Of a stretch of 64,000 nt of DNA, positions 1 through 13,871 are shown one piece after another. Below the pieces are notes generated by a model. The model made no database searches and was not told the DNA's origin. It saw nothing but the letters and a program-made list of their open reading frames with translations. A program made the translations under genes and the position numbers. Source of the DNA: Podarcis muralis (Eukaryota); the NCBI RefSeq assembly GCF_964188315.1, contig NC_135670.1, positions 40,238,001-40,302,000 of the forward strand, read 5' to 3'. The stretch's first letter is position 1. Every line of letters begins with the position of its first letter.

Positions 1-98
1 TCGACTTCCAAAATGTTTGACTTCCAAAGCAGCTTGGGGTTCATTGTGGGAAATGTAGAGAGAAATTAGTTCTCCCATTTCGCCTTTGTTGGATCCAA

Positions 99-427
99 GG
101 CCCCGTCTGCACTACATATTTGGAGCAGTATGATTCCACTTTAATCAGTTGTGGTTTTCCTCCAAAGGCTCCTGGAAACTAGTTTGTTATGGGTGCTCCT
201 GAACAGTGTTAGAAGACTTCTATCCCTCTCCCAGAGCTACAGTTCCCAAAGTGGCTTAACAAGCCTCCTTCCCAGGAAACCTTGGGAGTTGTAGCTCTGT
301 CAGGGGAATAGGGATCTAAAAACTCCCTGCACTCTTAAAAAAAGACACTTCCCAGGATTCTTTGGGGGATGCCGTGACTGTTTTAAAGTGTATGACCCTG
401 CTTTCTAAGTATAGTGCAGATGGAGCC
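99..427. mobile_element. Non-autonomous DNA transposon (MITE, possibly PIF/Harbinger-like)
   Basis: Terminal inverted repeats ggccccgtctgcacta / tagtgcagatggagcc (14 of 16 match) and a partly palindromic interior. Confidence 0.55.
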
Positions 428-714
428 ACAGTGGCTAGGCCAAGTCTTCTTCAGCCTTCTGATGTCCAGAAGTTGTTGAGCTACAGCAGTGTGGCCTGTG
501 GTCTCAGGGATGTTGAAAGTTAGTCTGGCAACATCCATAGGGTGCCAGGTTGGGGAGGGCTGGGCTAAGTGATGACAGACCAGGTCTTATCCCACCTCCA
601 AAGAAGCTGTAACAGGGAAGAACTGATCAATTGCCTGAGAAAATACTTGAGCTATGCATTCCAAGGGCTGGAGAGAGGGAAACGAGCCACCTTTGTTCTT
701 GATCCTTACAACAG

Positions 715-2035
715 GCAAGCCCGTTTTGGGGGAAAGCGGAGAGCTGGTCTGCACCAAGCCTATGCCCTGCCAGCCAACACACTTTTGGAACGACGAGAAT
801 GGAAACAAGTACAGAAAGGCTTATTTCTCAAGATTTCCAGGTATGTATTGAGGCGGTGCTTTTTGTGTGTGTTGTGGGGGCACTTACAAAGCCTGCAGAA
901 CTAATATTTGAGCATGGCATTTGGGAACTGCTGTGGGTACCAATATTTGCTTGTGAAATTGTAAGCCCGAAAGCAGGGGTTCCTGCTTGTTTGCCCACCA
1001 TCCCACCCCCTCACTTTGCTCTCTGCAAGTGCAGGGGCTGACCTCTTAATCTTTCTGGGGTGCTCCTTTCTCACAACTTCAGAAACCATCAGGGATCACA
1101 AACAGGTTTGATTTCTTTTTAAAAAGGGGTCTTCATTGTTGATTTGATAACTGAGGCTGCAGTCCTGTGCCCACAACCCACAAACTGTGGAGTGCTGCAA
1201 AAATGGTCTTCTGGGGTTCTGTTGTTGCTGCGTTCTAGAATATGGATGGTTAACCTGTTGTCCTTCAGATGCTGGTGGATTGCATCTCCCATTGGTCTCA
1301 GGCAGCAAGCACGATGTTCAGGGATGATGAGAGCAGAAGTCAAGCAACATCTGGAGGGTGACAAGTCCCCTCCCCTGTTTTAGAGGCTTGTCTGTGTTAG
1401 TCTGTTAAGCAAATGTGCAAGACTCTTAGGTTTTTTTTTTAAAAAACACACATGTATTTAAATATCTGCAGGTTCTCCTATAGGGAAGAAGGGGATGGGG
1501 TGTCACTGCCCACCTCTCCGCTGGCAGGAAGTCAAACTCTTTGAAAGGGTCAGCCAAGTGGGCTGGACAACCCCCCTCCACTCCAGGACGTTCTTGCCAG
1601 CAGCTCCTAGGGCTCATCAAAAAGCAAGTGGCAGAAAACACCATTTTAAAATGGCTTTCCTTTGCTTTCTCTGCTCCTTCACTGCAAAAATTATTCAGTC
1701 TCCTTCACTGCCTGCATTCCAGTGACCCAAAGCTTTTTCCCTTTCCAATCCTGGCTGCACGCATCCTGTGTGTAGTTGCCATCATTCACCAGAAGCTCCA
1801 GAGCTCACCTTCTAGCTTATTATTAAGCTCCTTAGTTTTCCTGCTGCAGCATCTCACCTGTTTTTGAGCAGGGCTTGCTGCATTTTTATCCTGGCTTTTA
1901 ACACTGGCTTGAATTTAAATTGAAGTCGGATTTTCTAAATGGTTTTTAATAAGAGGAATAATGACATTTTTTTATTTATACCCCACCCATCTAGCTGGGT
2001 TACCCTCACCACTCTGGGCAGCCTCCAGCGCACAC

Positions 2036-2072
<37 letters not shown>

Positions 2073-5000
2073 CATAAAACATTAATAGTAAGAATCAGAT
2101 CCTATATAAAAAGTCACAAAAACTTTAAAGTAAACAACTTATATCAAATAAAGTAATATTCAATAATCCATTAGAATCCAGTATTACATCAGCAAACAGT
2201 AATTTAACAGTTTACACTTATCAATTACCATAAAGAATTACTAATCTATAATCAATAAAATAACATTGAATTACAATGCATAAAATTCCACAAAGGGTCA
2301 ACTTGAGAAACAAGGATACACAACTTAAAAGTTTATTTTTAAAAACTATCCCTGAAATCCTCTCTTCCCAGCTGTTTCTGCTGTTCTCAAAGTCAAGGTC
2401 TGGGAAAGGCTCCCGTCAGTCACTGGTGGACGAGGGGGGGTGCGCCCCGGGTGCCATGCCTGGGGGGGGTGGCGTGGCGGCACTCGCACCCCCGGTGGGC
2501 CAATCCTCTCAGGGGTGCCAGCTGGGGATGCGCCCCCCGGTGGGCGGCCCCCCAGAGGGTGATGCTCACATCCCTGGCAGCCAGCGCCACACGCTGGGTG
2601 TATTTGTGCGATCGGCGTGCGGCGCTGGCACCCCCAGGAGGATTGACGCCCCCCCCCAGGTGCACGTCATATTTGCCGCTCCAGCAGCTTCCTCCGCCAC
2701 TGGGGGCAGTACTGGGTTTTATGGATATATAGTTGGTGAACCGCTCTGTGAGGCATTGTTGCTTTGAATATGTGTGTCGGGACCACTTGCTATTGCTGAA
2801 CCACAACTCCCATCACCCCTGGACGTAGGCCATGCTTGCAGGGGCTGATGGGAGTTGTAGTCCAGCAACGTCAGGTGAGCCAGAGGTACCAACACTCTGG
2901 ATGGCCATTTTAAGCTGTGATTCCTGCTTTGCGGGGGGGGGGGGGGTGGACTAGAAGGCCCTCGGGTCCCTTCCAACTCTATGATTTTCAGGAGTTAAAT
3001 AATAATAATGCTAAAAATTATTATTATTTGACCATTAAAAAGGAAGGGAAAGAAGAAAAGGGGAGGTTNNNNNNNNNNNNNNNNNNNNNNNNNNNNNNNN
3101 NNNNNNNNNNNNNNNNNNNNNNNNNNNNNNNNNNNNNNNNNNNNNNNNNNNNNNNNNNNNNNNNNNNNNNNNNNNNNNNNNNNNNNNNNNNNNNNNNNNN
3201 NNNNNNNGAAGAAAGTATACAAGGGTAAGGATAGGAATTTAGACAAAGAAGTCAGGAAGACTATTTATAGTCAAGTGAAAAATGGAAGATGAGGTTAAAA
3301 ATTCAAAAAGAAAAAATGTTTTTTTCTTTTCTTTTTTAATAACAACATCAACAAGGTCTAAAACCAAAATGGGAATTTTGTGTGGAGTTAAAGGTTTTCC
3401 CTGGCTTGGACTTTAGATTTATTTTGCAACGCGACCAGCATGGCTTTCTCTTGTTTCCCCGGGGGGGGGGGGGTGTTCAGGCACTGGTAATGGTGGTGAC
3501 AGAGGAGGAGAAAGAAAAATTAATAATAATGGTAATAATAATAATGAAAAATAGAACCTGAAATAAAAGTAAAAATAAGGGGGGTACCCCAAGATGACCG
3601 TGAAAGGAGATCAGAAAGAAACAGGGGAGATAGTAAGAAGAAGAAGAAGAAGGGGTTTGGGCCCCCCCCCCCACCAAGGGGGAAAAACTGAACAAAGATA
3701 CAAGGGAAAACCCTTGTCGGTTCAGGGCTCTTCTGTGCCCCCCCCCCCCATTTTCATCCTTTTAACAATACTGTATGCAATCCGTAATTTTGAAATTACT
3801 TTTCCATAACTTTTCCCAATCCTCCATTTATATATTATGTCCTATTATATATTATGTCCCCATGTAATCATTACTGATTTAACCTCCTCATCTTTGGTCT
3901 CCCATTCTAACAATCAATTATACATTTTCTTTAATAATTTATTGTTCTCTTCTATTATTTCTCTTTGGAATCTAGATACAGTATAACTAAATCCTTTCTT
4001 ATTATCTTCTTTGAAGATCTAATTTAATTGTCGATGTTGCAGCCAATCATGGACTGAATCTTTTATCTCATCGTAATCTTTAAGTCTTATTTTCCCTTCT
4101 CTTTCTGTCAGTAAATCTCTATATGTCAGCCATTTTGCCTCCATATTTGTTCTTTTAATTTACATTGCCTCTGTTGGGGCCACCCACCAGGGTGTTTTTT
4201 GCTCTAACAAATCTTTGTTTTCCCCATACTTTTATTAATGCTTTCCTAATTATATGATTTAGAAATCCTTTGTGTATCTTCCCTTTATTATGCCTTAAAT
4301 ATGCATGCCAACCAAATCTATTATCATGTCCTTCCAGACCTAATAAATCGGTATTTTCTAATTTAATCCAATGCCAGATCCAAGTAATGCAGCTTGCCTC
4401 ATAATAAAGTTTTAAATTTGGAAGAGAGAAGCCTTCTCTATCCTTAATATTTAATATTTAATATTTTATTCTCGGCTTCTTCCCTTTCCAGATAAATTTA
4501 GATATATATTTTTGCCATTTCTTGACGGAATCTGCATCACTTATTGTCTGGAATAAAAACAACATTTTTGGCAATACATTCATCTTGATTGCTGCAATTC
4601 TTCCTATTAAGGAGAGATTCATTCTTCCCCATATTTCTAGATTCCTTTTTATTTCATTCCAGCATCTTTCATAGTTATCTTTATAGATATTGATATTTCT
4701 AGTTGTGAGGCAAATTCCTAAATACAGTATTAACTTTTTTATGGGTTCTATTTCTGTAATTTGGGATAATTCTTTTTTATCTGCTTCTCTTAGATTTTTA
4801 ACTAATAATTTGGTCTTGCTTTTATTTAATTTGAATCCTGCTACTTGTCCAAACTCCTGAATTTTTTCTGTTACTTTTGGGATAGAGTCTTTAGGGTCTT
4901 CTGCTGTGATTACCAGATCGTCTGCATAGGCTTTCAATTTATATGACTCTTCCCCTATCTTAATTCCTTCAGTATTTTCATCTGCCCTAATATTTCTCAC

Positions 5001-8000
5001 CAGGACTTCTAATACCAATATAAATAATAAAGGTGATAACGGACATCCTTGTCTTGTGCCTTTTTGTATTCTACATTCCTCTGTTACCACCTGATTGACA
5101 ATTAAGTTTGCTTTTTGGTCTGAATATATGGCTGGAATTCCTTTCCTAAATCTATTTCTGAAATTAATTTCTCCTACAATTTTTCCATAAATTCCTAAGA
5201 GACATTGTCAAAGGCTTTTTCAGCGTCTATAAACATCAATGCTACTTGTTTTTCATTTCTCACTTCCAGGTATTCTAGAATATCAGTGATATTTCATTTT
5301 TTCCCTTTTTTTGAATTTGCATTTTATTTATTTGTTAACATTCTTATATTACATCGATAAACATTGTCATATTACATTACAGGACTTACTATAATATAAT
5401 TTCCAACATGTATACAAAAATTATATACAAATTTTATATACCTAGAAAGAAAATGAAACAAAAAAAGAACAAAGAGAAAAAACAAAAACAAATCCCCCCC
5501 ATATCATATACATATACACTAGACTTCTTGTCTATCCCGTTGTATATTCCTTTTTTACAAATGAATGTACTCTTATTATTGTATATTTATTTATCTAATA
5601 CATTCCTATATCAATATGTGCTCTTAGTCTTATTTTTCAGCTCATTCTCACTCCAACGTCATTCAAATGCTAGCATAGATAGCGACCCTTTACTGTATTT
5701 TTGAACATATGTTTTATATCTATCCCCCTTTTCCATAAATTTTTGTTTTGAATTGCCTCTCAGGGTATTTGTTATCTGCGCCATTTCAGCAAATTCTTGT
5801 AGCTTGTCATTCCAGTCCCTTATTGTCGGGGCTTCTTGTTCCTTCCCCCCCTTGGCCACCAAAGTCCGAGCTGCGGCCGTTGCACATAAGAACACCTCCC
5901 TAAAGGCCTGTCTTCTATTAGCCTTCGTCTGTATGCCTGGAAGGAATCCTGCCTGATCATGATGTATATAATCTTTCAATACTGATTTCATTCTGTTGGC
6001 CATTATGTTAGCAAATAATTTATAATCATTATTTAATAATGAAATTGGTCTGTAATTATTAACTGCTAACACATCAGCCTCTTGTTTTAGTATTAAAGTT
6101 ATATATGCCTTTTTCTATGTCTCTGGGACTTTCCCTGAGATTAAAATTTCATTTATTATATCCTGTAATGGTATCACCAATTGATTATTTAATTTCTTAT
6201 AATATTTTGCTGATAATCCATCTGTTCCTGGCGATTTCCCTGTTTTTTCCAGCTTGATTGCATCTAATATTTCCTGGCCATTTAAAATTGCTCATTTTTC
6301 TTCTGTTATCCTTGGCAGATTACTAGCCTTCAAATATTGGTCTATCGCCTCCTTTCCTATATAATTCTGTAGAATATTTGGAGCTGGTGACTTTGGACCC
6401 AGGATCCCTTCCTTGGTGGGGGGGGGGGTCTGGGATCGGAGTGGGATATGGGAGGTGGGGGCCCCACTGCCCCTTCTTGGCTCCCACCCTACTTTCCCTA
6501 GGCCCCACTTGGAAGCTGGCATGTAGCGCTCTCCCCTGGGCTCAGCGGTTCTCCTACCCCTTTGTCTATCCCCTTGTTTGTTTCAAGAGTTGGGGTGGAC
6601 TTTCTAGCCCTTCAGCCGTTCAGTTTGGGGGCTCCTGGTGCGATACCATGTCCCTGGGTCCTGTTCATCGGTGGGTGGCCTGGAAGAGCACTTGAGATTG
6701 CTCCCCCAAGTCTGCCATCTTCCCCAACTCTGATTTCATGATCATATGGAGGGCCAACGGTTCCTGACCACTGGCCTGAAAGGTTATTCCAATGGTTCTC
6801 AAAGGGTGTGGCAGGAACTCTGACAGATGCAAAAGATCAGAAAAGACAAAAGCTTATTTGTGTTGATGAGGAGATAAGAGTTTGTCTGTCTTAAATTAGA
6901 CCCAAAATTAAGGAGGCGAGCTAGTGGGGGAAGGGAGAAAGGAGGGACCGCCTCAGCCCGCCCAAGCCAAAATCCTGGACATATGCTTAAATATTTTAAA
7001 AATTCCCCCAGGTGCACATGTTTCGTGTACAAGATGACCCCCAATTTCTTACTAATTTTTTAAGCAAAAAACCTCATCTTATACCTGGAAAAATACGGTA
7101 TATTTTGGGAATGACTTGTGTTCTTATGCAGTTGCATTGCTTTTTACTTTCTGGATGTCTCATGATCATATTATAAAGTAGTTGTGTTCTGTGTTATAAA
7201 TCAAGCACTACTAGGATTTCTTATCAATAAAAAATTCAGTGTGGCACAAGCAAATATTTATTCTGAAAGTGTGGTCCAGAGGAAAAGGTTTGAGAACCAC
7301 TGGGTTATTCAGTAAACAAAATAAGTTAAAAGGAGGGTCACTTGAATCCCCCTACAACCCTTCTAGTTTTCTGTGTTCTTGTAAATATATTTTTTAATTG
7401 AATTTATACACCGCCCTATACCCAAAACATTGTATTGTTTAGTTTTTTAATCTGTTCCATCAATTTCCACTGTTCTTGTGAATGTGAAAACAGATTTGAG
7501 TGCCATCCAGGCCTGGATTGTTGATAATTGACCTGGTTGCCCTCCATGTGGGTTTTTCTGGACAGGTGTCTGGGCTCACGGCGACTATTGCAAGATCAAC
7601 CCCAAGACAGGAGGCATCGTCATGCTTGGCCGCAGGTAGGCCCATCACTTTGGCGTGACCATATGCGAGGGATGCTTCATGGCAGTTAGCAGAGGGGCTG
7701 CTGCGCACTTGTTGGCTGGGAATATAGGGACACATTGTCAGTCTGGCTCTGCTGACTGGCTGGCATTTCAGAGACTCCCTCCACTCTTTCTTCCCCCTCT
7801 CCTCTGTTTCAGCATCCTGTGGTCTTTGTCAGGTGGCACAACCTTTCCTTTGATGCAGGGCTGGCCCATGGCATACTGCTGCCCGAGGCAAAACAGCAAA
7901 TGCCTCCTTCTCCCCCACGTCAAGTTGCATGATACCCAATCCAATGCCAAGCAAGTTGCTTTGGCATCTAAGGCAGGCTCCCAAGTCTCATCAGCCCCAG

Positions 8001-11000
8001 CCAGGGGAGCCGATAGTCTGCTGTGGCTCTCCCAGTGCAACGGCATCTGGGAGGGCTGCAGGTTCCTCTTCCTGTCTATAAAAGGCCCTTGGGTGGAGGA
8101 GTGGAGGAAGCTGCCTTAGTGAATCAGGCTACTGGTCCATCACACTCGGTATTGTGTACTGGCAATGGCTTGCCATGGTTTGGGGAAGAGTGCTTCTTCG
8201 CCCTCTTGAAGATGCCTGGGATGGACCCTGGATCTTCTGAGTACAGGGCAGATGCTGTGCCAGGGAGCTGCATCTCTTGCTCCTGCTGTACTGCAGTCCC
8301 CATAATTCTTTGGGTAGGACCCACAGTCATTAAACCTATTTAGATCTTTACAGTTCTTGTGGGCCTGTTGTTTATGTCTGTATAAAACGTTCTAATGGGT
8401 ATGAATCTCTAACAAACAGCGGCCTCTTGGAATCCCAGCCTAAGGATCATTTTTTGTTGCCTATTTGACACAGTTGTTTTATTGAGAACCATGATAAATT
8501 CCCTATGTTTTGTCTCTTTTCATCAGACTGTGATTATGCTTTAATGATGCTTTAATAATGGTTATGCTTTTCCTCTGTGGTTTGTACTTGTTTCCTCCCC
8601 CCAGTGATGGCACACTGAATCCAAGTGGTGTGAGGTTTGGGAGTTCTGAGATCTATAACATAGGTATGCAATTTAATATTTATCCACTCTTCTTCCTCCC
8701 ATTAATTACAGTATTGGCTAACTTGATTTCTCATTTTTCTATCTTGACTTCATTCAACAACAACCCTGTGCGGTAGAGAGCAGTGTGTGGGTGCTGTAGG
8801 ATTTGAAGAGGCTCAAGCAAGCCAAGTCACGATTGGCCTCACCTGTAAGGCGTAGAGTACTGGGCCCTGCATGCACTCTATAAGTCTCTTCGTCTCTAAG
8901 AGTACAGTTGCCATTTCTTCACATGCCCTGCACTGTGGCTTGGTTCACACACAATGCTATGTTGTTGTTCATTTGGAATTTGCAAACCCAGCCCAGCAGA
9001 CTAACTATGGCTTGTATTTTGCCAACAAATCACAATGTGAAGCCAAGGTTTCTTGTTGGTTTGAACTACGGTTTGACTTTATGGCCAAACTCAACAGTTT
9101 TGCCTAATAATGGTTTTTTTGGGCACCCGACCCCAGGCACAAAGTAATAGCAGCTAGAAATCAAACCAAGCTTTGGAGAAACAAGCTTGGCCTGTCTGCT
9201 CACCTAAGAAACCACTCATGCTTGGTTGCACAAACCATGGTCAAAGTGTGCAAACAATGGCTTAGTATTATGTGTGAGTGCAGCCATTGAGACTTTCCCT
9301 GAGAGGAAACTGCTCAGACAAATAGTGGCATTTTCAGGGATGGCTGCTTGCTTTTGGAATGCCCACCCATAGGAGGCACAACTGGCAGCATCTATTTTTA
9401 GGAGCCAGGCAAAGACGTAATTTGAAGGGTGGCATTGTGCCCTCTTTTAGCAGGGTGGGATCTGCAAGTCCTGCCTTTTACCTGTATAGCTGCATTTTTA
9501 GATCTCTATTGGATGTCCTTAATTGGTTTTAATGTAAGATACTTTGGGTCGCTTTGTAAAAAAAAGCAACCAACAAATATAATAAATCATCATCAGAATT
9601 TGTCCGTCTCTGTATTGTCTGCTCTGACTGGCATCAAGTATTGAAGGCAATGGGTTGGGAAATACTGCCCTGCAAATGTTGTTGGGCTTCCACCATCCCC
9701 AGTCAGCTTGACCCAAAGATCAGGGGTGATGAGGGGCTGCGGTCCAAAACATCTAGAGAGCGTCAGGTTGGGGAAGGCTCTTTAATATCTTAGACAGAGA
9801 TTCTTTCTCATCATTTGCTACTTAAGCCTTTTACCTGGAGATGCCATTGTAGATTATCTCACGAAGGAACACCTGAGATACATGTCCAAGGTCTCCTGGA
9901 ACCTGGGTTTGAAAGCCACTGGGCTGCACAGGATAATTTGCAAAATTGCTTGAGGAAAACTCTTGTTCTGGGTAGATGAGAGAGGCTTCATGATTTATTG
10001 TGAAGTTTACGCCCTGCCCTTCTTTATAAAATGATCCCAGGGCAGGTCACAGCCAAATGCTCGTGGTTTTAAGGTCCAGAATTAAATAGCCTTACGTTGT
10101 TCCTTTAGTTGGCACTCCTAAAGCAGGCTCTTAACAACATCAAAGGAGGCTTGCTCCATTACAGTGAATGGGGCACTGCCCCACTAGGCTAGTCTGCTCT
10201 CAGCACCCCCACCTGCCTGCTTTCTTAGCTGCATTCAGTTCAGAGGGCTGGCACTGCCTGAGAGCTGCCTCCTCCTTGGGCTCAGTGCTGCCCTTGGAGA
10301 ACTGAGCAGGGAGGAGAAGGAAGGTGGGGACAAATCTAGAACTGGTTGTCTCTGCCTGCTGTTGCCTCTGGCGCCACCTGCTGTTAGTCTCCCTGCTTCT
10401 GCCCTGCCAGTCTCAATGGGTAGCAGCCACCATTCAGCAACACTGAGTCCTTTTTTCAACCACATTTTTTTTCCTTTTAAGCCACATGGAATGAAAGCAT
10501 AGAGACACGTTGTGGTTGATGTCTTTATCAGCAAATGTGTGTAGCAAATCCTCATTTCGAGGGTTGCCTCAAACCATCTGGCGTGCCCCGTCCCAAGGCA
10601 GTTTGCTCTTTGCAAGAGTCCCCAGTGCCCACAGGGGCCCGGTTGTCTCTGGTGATGCCCTGTCAATGGATTCCTTTGAGGGTGCTTCACCGTCATAACT
10701 CTTGCGTGAGCACAAAAGTGATTGCCAGCCTGGTCCATGAAGTCAGTGGAGGGTCTGCAGGAATGAGGGCAGGAAAGGGGGAGGGCAGAAAACTCAGCAG
10801 TTGAGTGAAGCAAAGGACTGTTTGGCTGCAGGCCTGGTCCTCCAATGTGGGCAGCAGCTGAACTTTAACAGCCTTCCTTTCTCTCTCAACATCATCGCCC
10901 CCCCTTCTTTATTTTCTTGGAATGATCTCTCTGTTTGGCTCCCCCCTCCTTTTCTTTGGAGAGGGGAGGTGATTAGGAGAAACGGCAATTGAGAAAAGAT

Positions 11001-13806
11001 AATATCCGTTTCCTATCACAATCACTGGCTATGCTGATGAGATACGGATTCCACAATGCCCAGAGTGCCCCCTTCCTCCTCTAAAGCTATTCAGCTGCCC
11101 AGGGGGAATCTCATCTGAGGTATTCTGAGATTCTTCAAGAGGAAGCAGGATAAGCATCAAAGAAGCTCCTACTTCCAATTCCTGCTTGAATGGCTTGGCA
11201 CTCAGTTGTGTTATAATTTACTTTATGAATTCAATTCTGTTTTTAAAGTCTGCCTTTACTGCTGTTATTAATAAAGGCAGCATTTTATGTAAATCACTTT
11301 AAAAAAATATTAAGCAGTATATAAATCTTGATGGATGGATAAATAAATAAATGCCCTCTATTCTACCACTGGATTTCATACTGCACCTGTGACCAGCAAA
11401 TTAATTATATTTGTATTCTGCCCAGCCAGTCAAGTTCATTGCGTGGTTTACATAAGTAGTTGGGGTCTAAGCTGGGAACCGCAGCTTAAGTGACCGGAAT
11501 TACTTCTTACTGTGAATACATCTTATTTTAGTCTTGTTTCATAAAATAATCAACTTTTTCCTCCAAGGAGCTCATACATGATTTCCTTTCTCCCTTTGCC
11601 CCACCAATATTTTCTCCTCTTAACAAACTTGTGAGGTAACTTAGGCTGAGAGAGAGTGAGTGGCCAATCTTGACGAGTGGGATCTCTTCAGGCCTAACCA
11701 GACCCTTTAACTACTAAAAGGTAAAGGTAAAGGTACCCCTGCCCGTACGGGCCAGTCTTGCCAGACTCTAGGGTTGTGCGCCCATCTCACTCTATAGGCC
11801 GGGGGCCAGTGCTGTCCGGAGACACTTCCGGGTCATGTGGCCAGCGTGACGAAGCTGCTCTGGCGAGCCGGCACCAGAGCAGCACACGGAAACGCCGTTT
11901 ACCTTCCTGCTAGAAAGCGGTCCCTATTTATCTACTTGCACTTTGACGTGCTTTCGAACTGCTAGGTTGGCAGGCGCTGGGACCGAGCAGCGGGAGCGCA
12001 CCCCGCCGCGGGGATTCGAACCGCCGACCTTTCGATCGGCAAGTCCTAGGCGCTGAGGCTTTAACCCACAGCGCCACCCGCGTCCCCACTTTAACTACTA
12101 CTTTAACTACTACTCCACACCAATTAAGAATCTAAAAGCCTCATCTGCCCTATACATTTAAAGAGGCACTATCCTGCTTTGAACAGTCAGGGCTTCCCCC
12201 AAGAATCCTGGGAACTGCCGTTAGTTAAGAGTGCTGAGACCATCCGTTCCCTCTGTACGAAGGAAAATGGGGACAAAACTAGACCAGGTTGGCTGTGCCT
12301 GCCATTGGCTCTGGTGCCATCTACCTGGTTAAAGTGTCAGCTGCCCCTGCAAGCCACCATGGCCTGGTTTTATAATGGGCACATATTTACTATTCCCTGC
12401 TGTGGGGGCACAAATAAGTCTAAGCCAAAATTTCCTTTGTCTCTTCAGTGGAAGCTTTTGAGGAGGTTTCGGACAGCCTCTGCGTCCCTCAGTACAACAA
12501 AGACGGCGAAGAAAGGGTGATCCTTTTCCTAAAGATGGCCACCAACCAGGAGTTCAGCCCAGATTTGGTGAAACGCATCAGGGAAGCGATCCGCGTCGCA
12601 CTCTCTGCCCGGCATGTTCCCAGCCTCATTCTGGAAACTGAAGGCATTCCGGTATGTCAGCACAATCCTTTTTTCTTACTACTTGCTGCTGCTATATATA
12701 TTTTTTCATATTTACCTTGGAATAGTCATTAAGGAGCACTTGTCATCTCTCTTCAAAGCCCCCACATGCCTGGAAATTTTAGTCTCTTATTTTTTAATTT
12801 AAAAAGTGGAGCGGAGTTTTATAGTTTGTCTGTGTTGCTTAGCAACTTGTGTGTGCTTTTCTTCCTGAATAAGCCTTCTCCTCTTTTTCCTCCTTTTTTT
12901 TTTAAAACAACTAAAAAAGAGTCCCCTAATAAACACCTCTCTTCAGTTTATAAATATACATGCGTCCTGTTGATATACTGAGAACTCTTGGGCGTTGCTG
13001 ATAAGTATAAAATGAGATGATTGCCTTTCTGGTGTGCCAAAAAGCTGCTCCCCGCAAAAGCATTTTGGATAGTTCTGTTCTCTAAAAAGATAGGTTTTTG
13101 ATTTGTTTTGCAGGAAGTCTCTCTTTAAAAAAAAACCTCAAAATATCTTGCAAAGCTTGTGACCTAATTTTTTCACAGCTGAAGGCTCCCAGAGACAAGT
13201 AAGGCCCGTGAATGAAGTTTTGATCTACTTCTGACTTTCAGGAACGTAGGAAACTGTCAGATCACTAGTCCATCAAGCTCAGTATTCTCCGCACAGACTG
13301 GCAGATCCTCTCCAGGCTTTCAGGCAGGAGTCTCTCCCAGCTCTACCTGGAGATGCCGAGAATTGAACCTGGGACCGTCTGCATGCAAGGTGGATGCCAT
13401 GCCCCTGAGCTACGCCCCTTCCAGTGATAGCCTTGTTCTCCGTGACTTTGTCCAAGCTAGCACTGCCTCCCGTGGAAGCAAATTCCATAGTTTCAATTAT
13501 GCACTGTATGGCAAGTACTTCTGTTGCCTGTCCTAAATCTCCCAACATTCAGCTTCACTGGATGGCCCCAAATTTCAAGCCGTGTACACACGACACCTTT
13601 TAAACCAGATTCAGAGCACTTTTCCCCCCTCAAAGAATTCTCAACAGAGTTAAAATTCTCACTGATCCTTAACTAATTACGGGGTCCAGAATTCTTTGAT
13701 GGCGTTTTAATGGTATAGTGTGTATGGAGCCCTAGGGTAATGACTGAGGGAGAAGAGCAGTATTGGACAGACTTTAAAAATGATGTTGAGTTAATCACTC
13801 ATGGCT

Positions 13807-13871
<65 letters not shown>

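Noticed and set aside
2917-3246. ORFs spanning the N run
   Set aside because: Artefacts of the assembly gap.
3208-3330. Plus-strand L1-like 3' remnant as a twin-priming partner of the minus-strand L1
   Set aside because: The arrangement is tail-to-tail rather than the inversion geometry, and the adjacent N gap hides the junction.
10235-10813. 192-aa minus-strand ORF in an AACS intron
   Set aside because: Non-ATG start, no recognisable motif or composition, no supporting splice sites.
11990-12088. tRNA-like sequences here and at about 13330-13420, 24260-24354 and 38575-38671
   Set aside because: They are SINE heads attached to SINE bodies, not tRNA genes.
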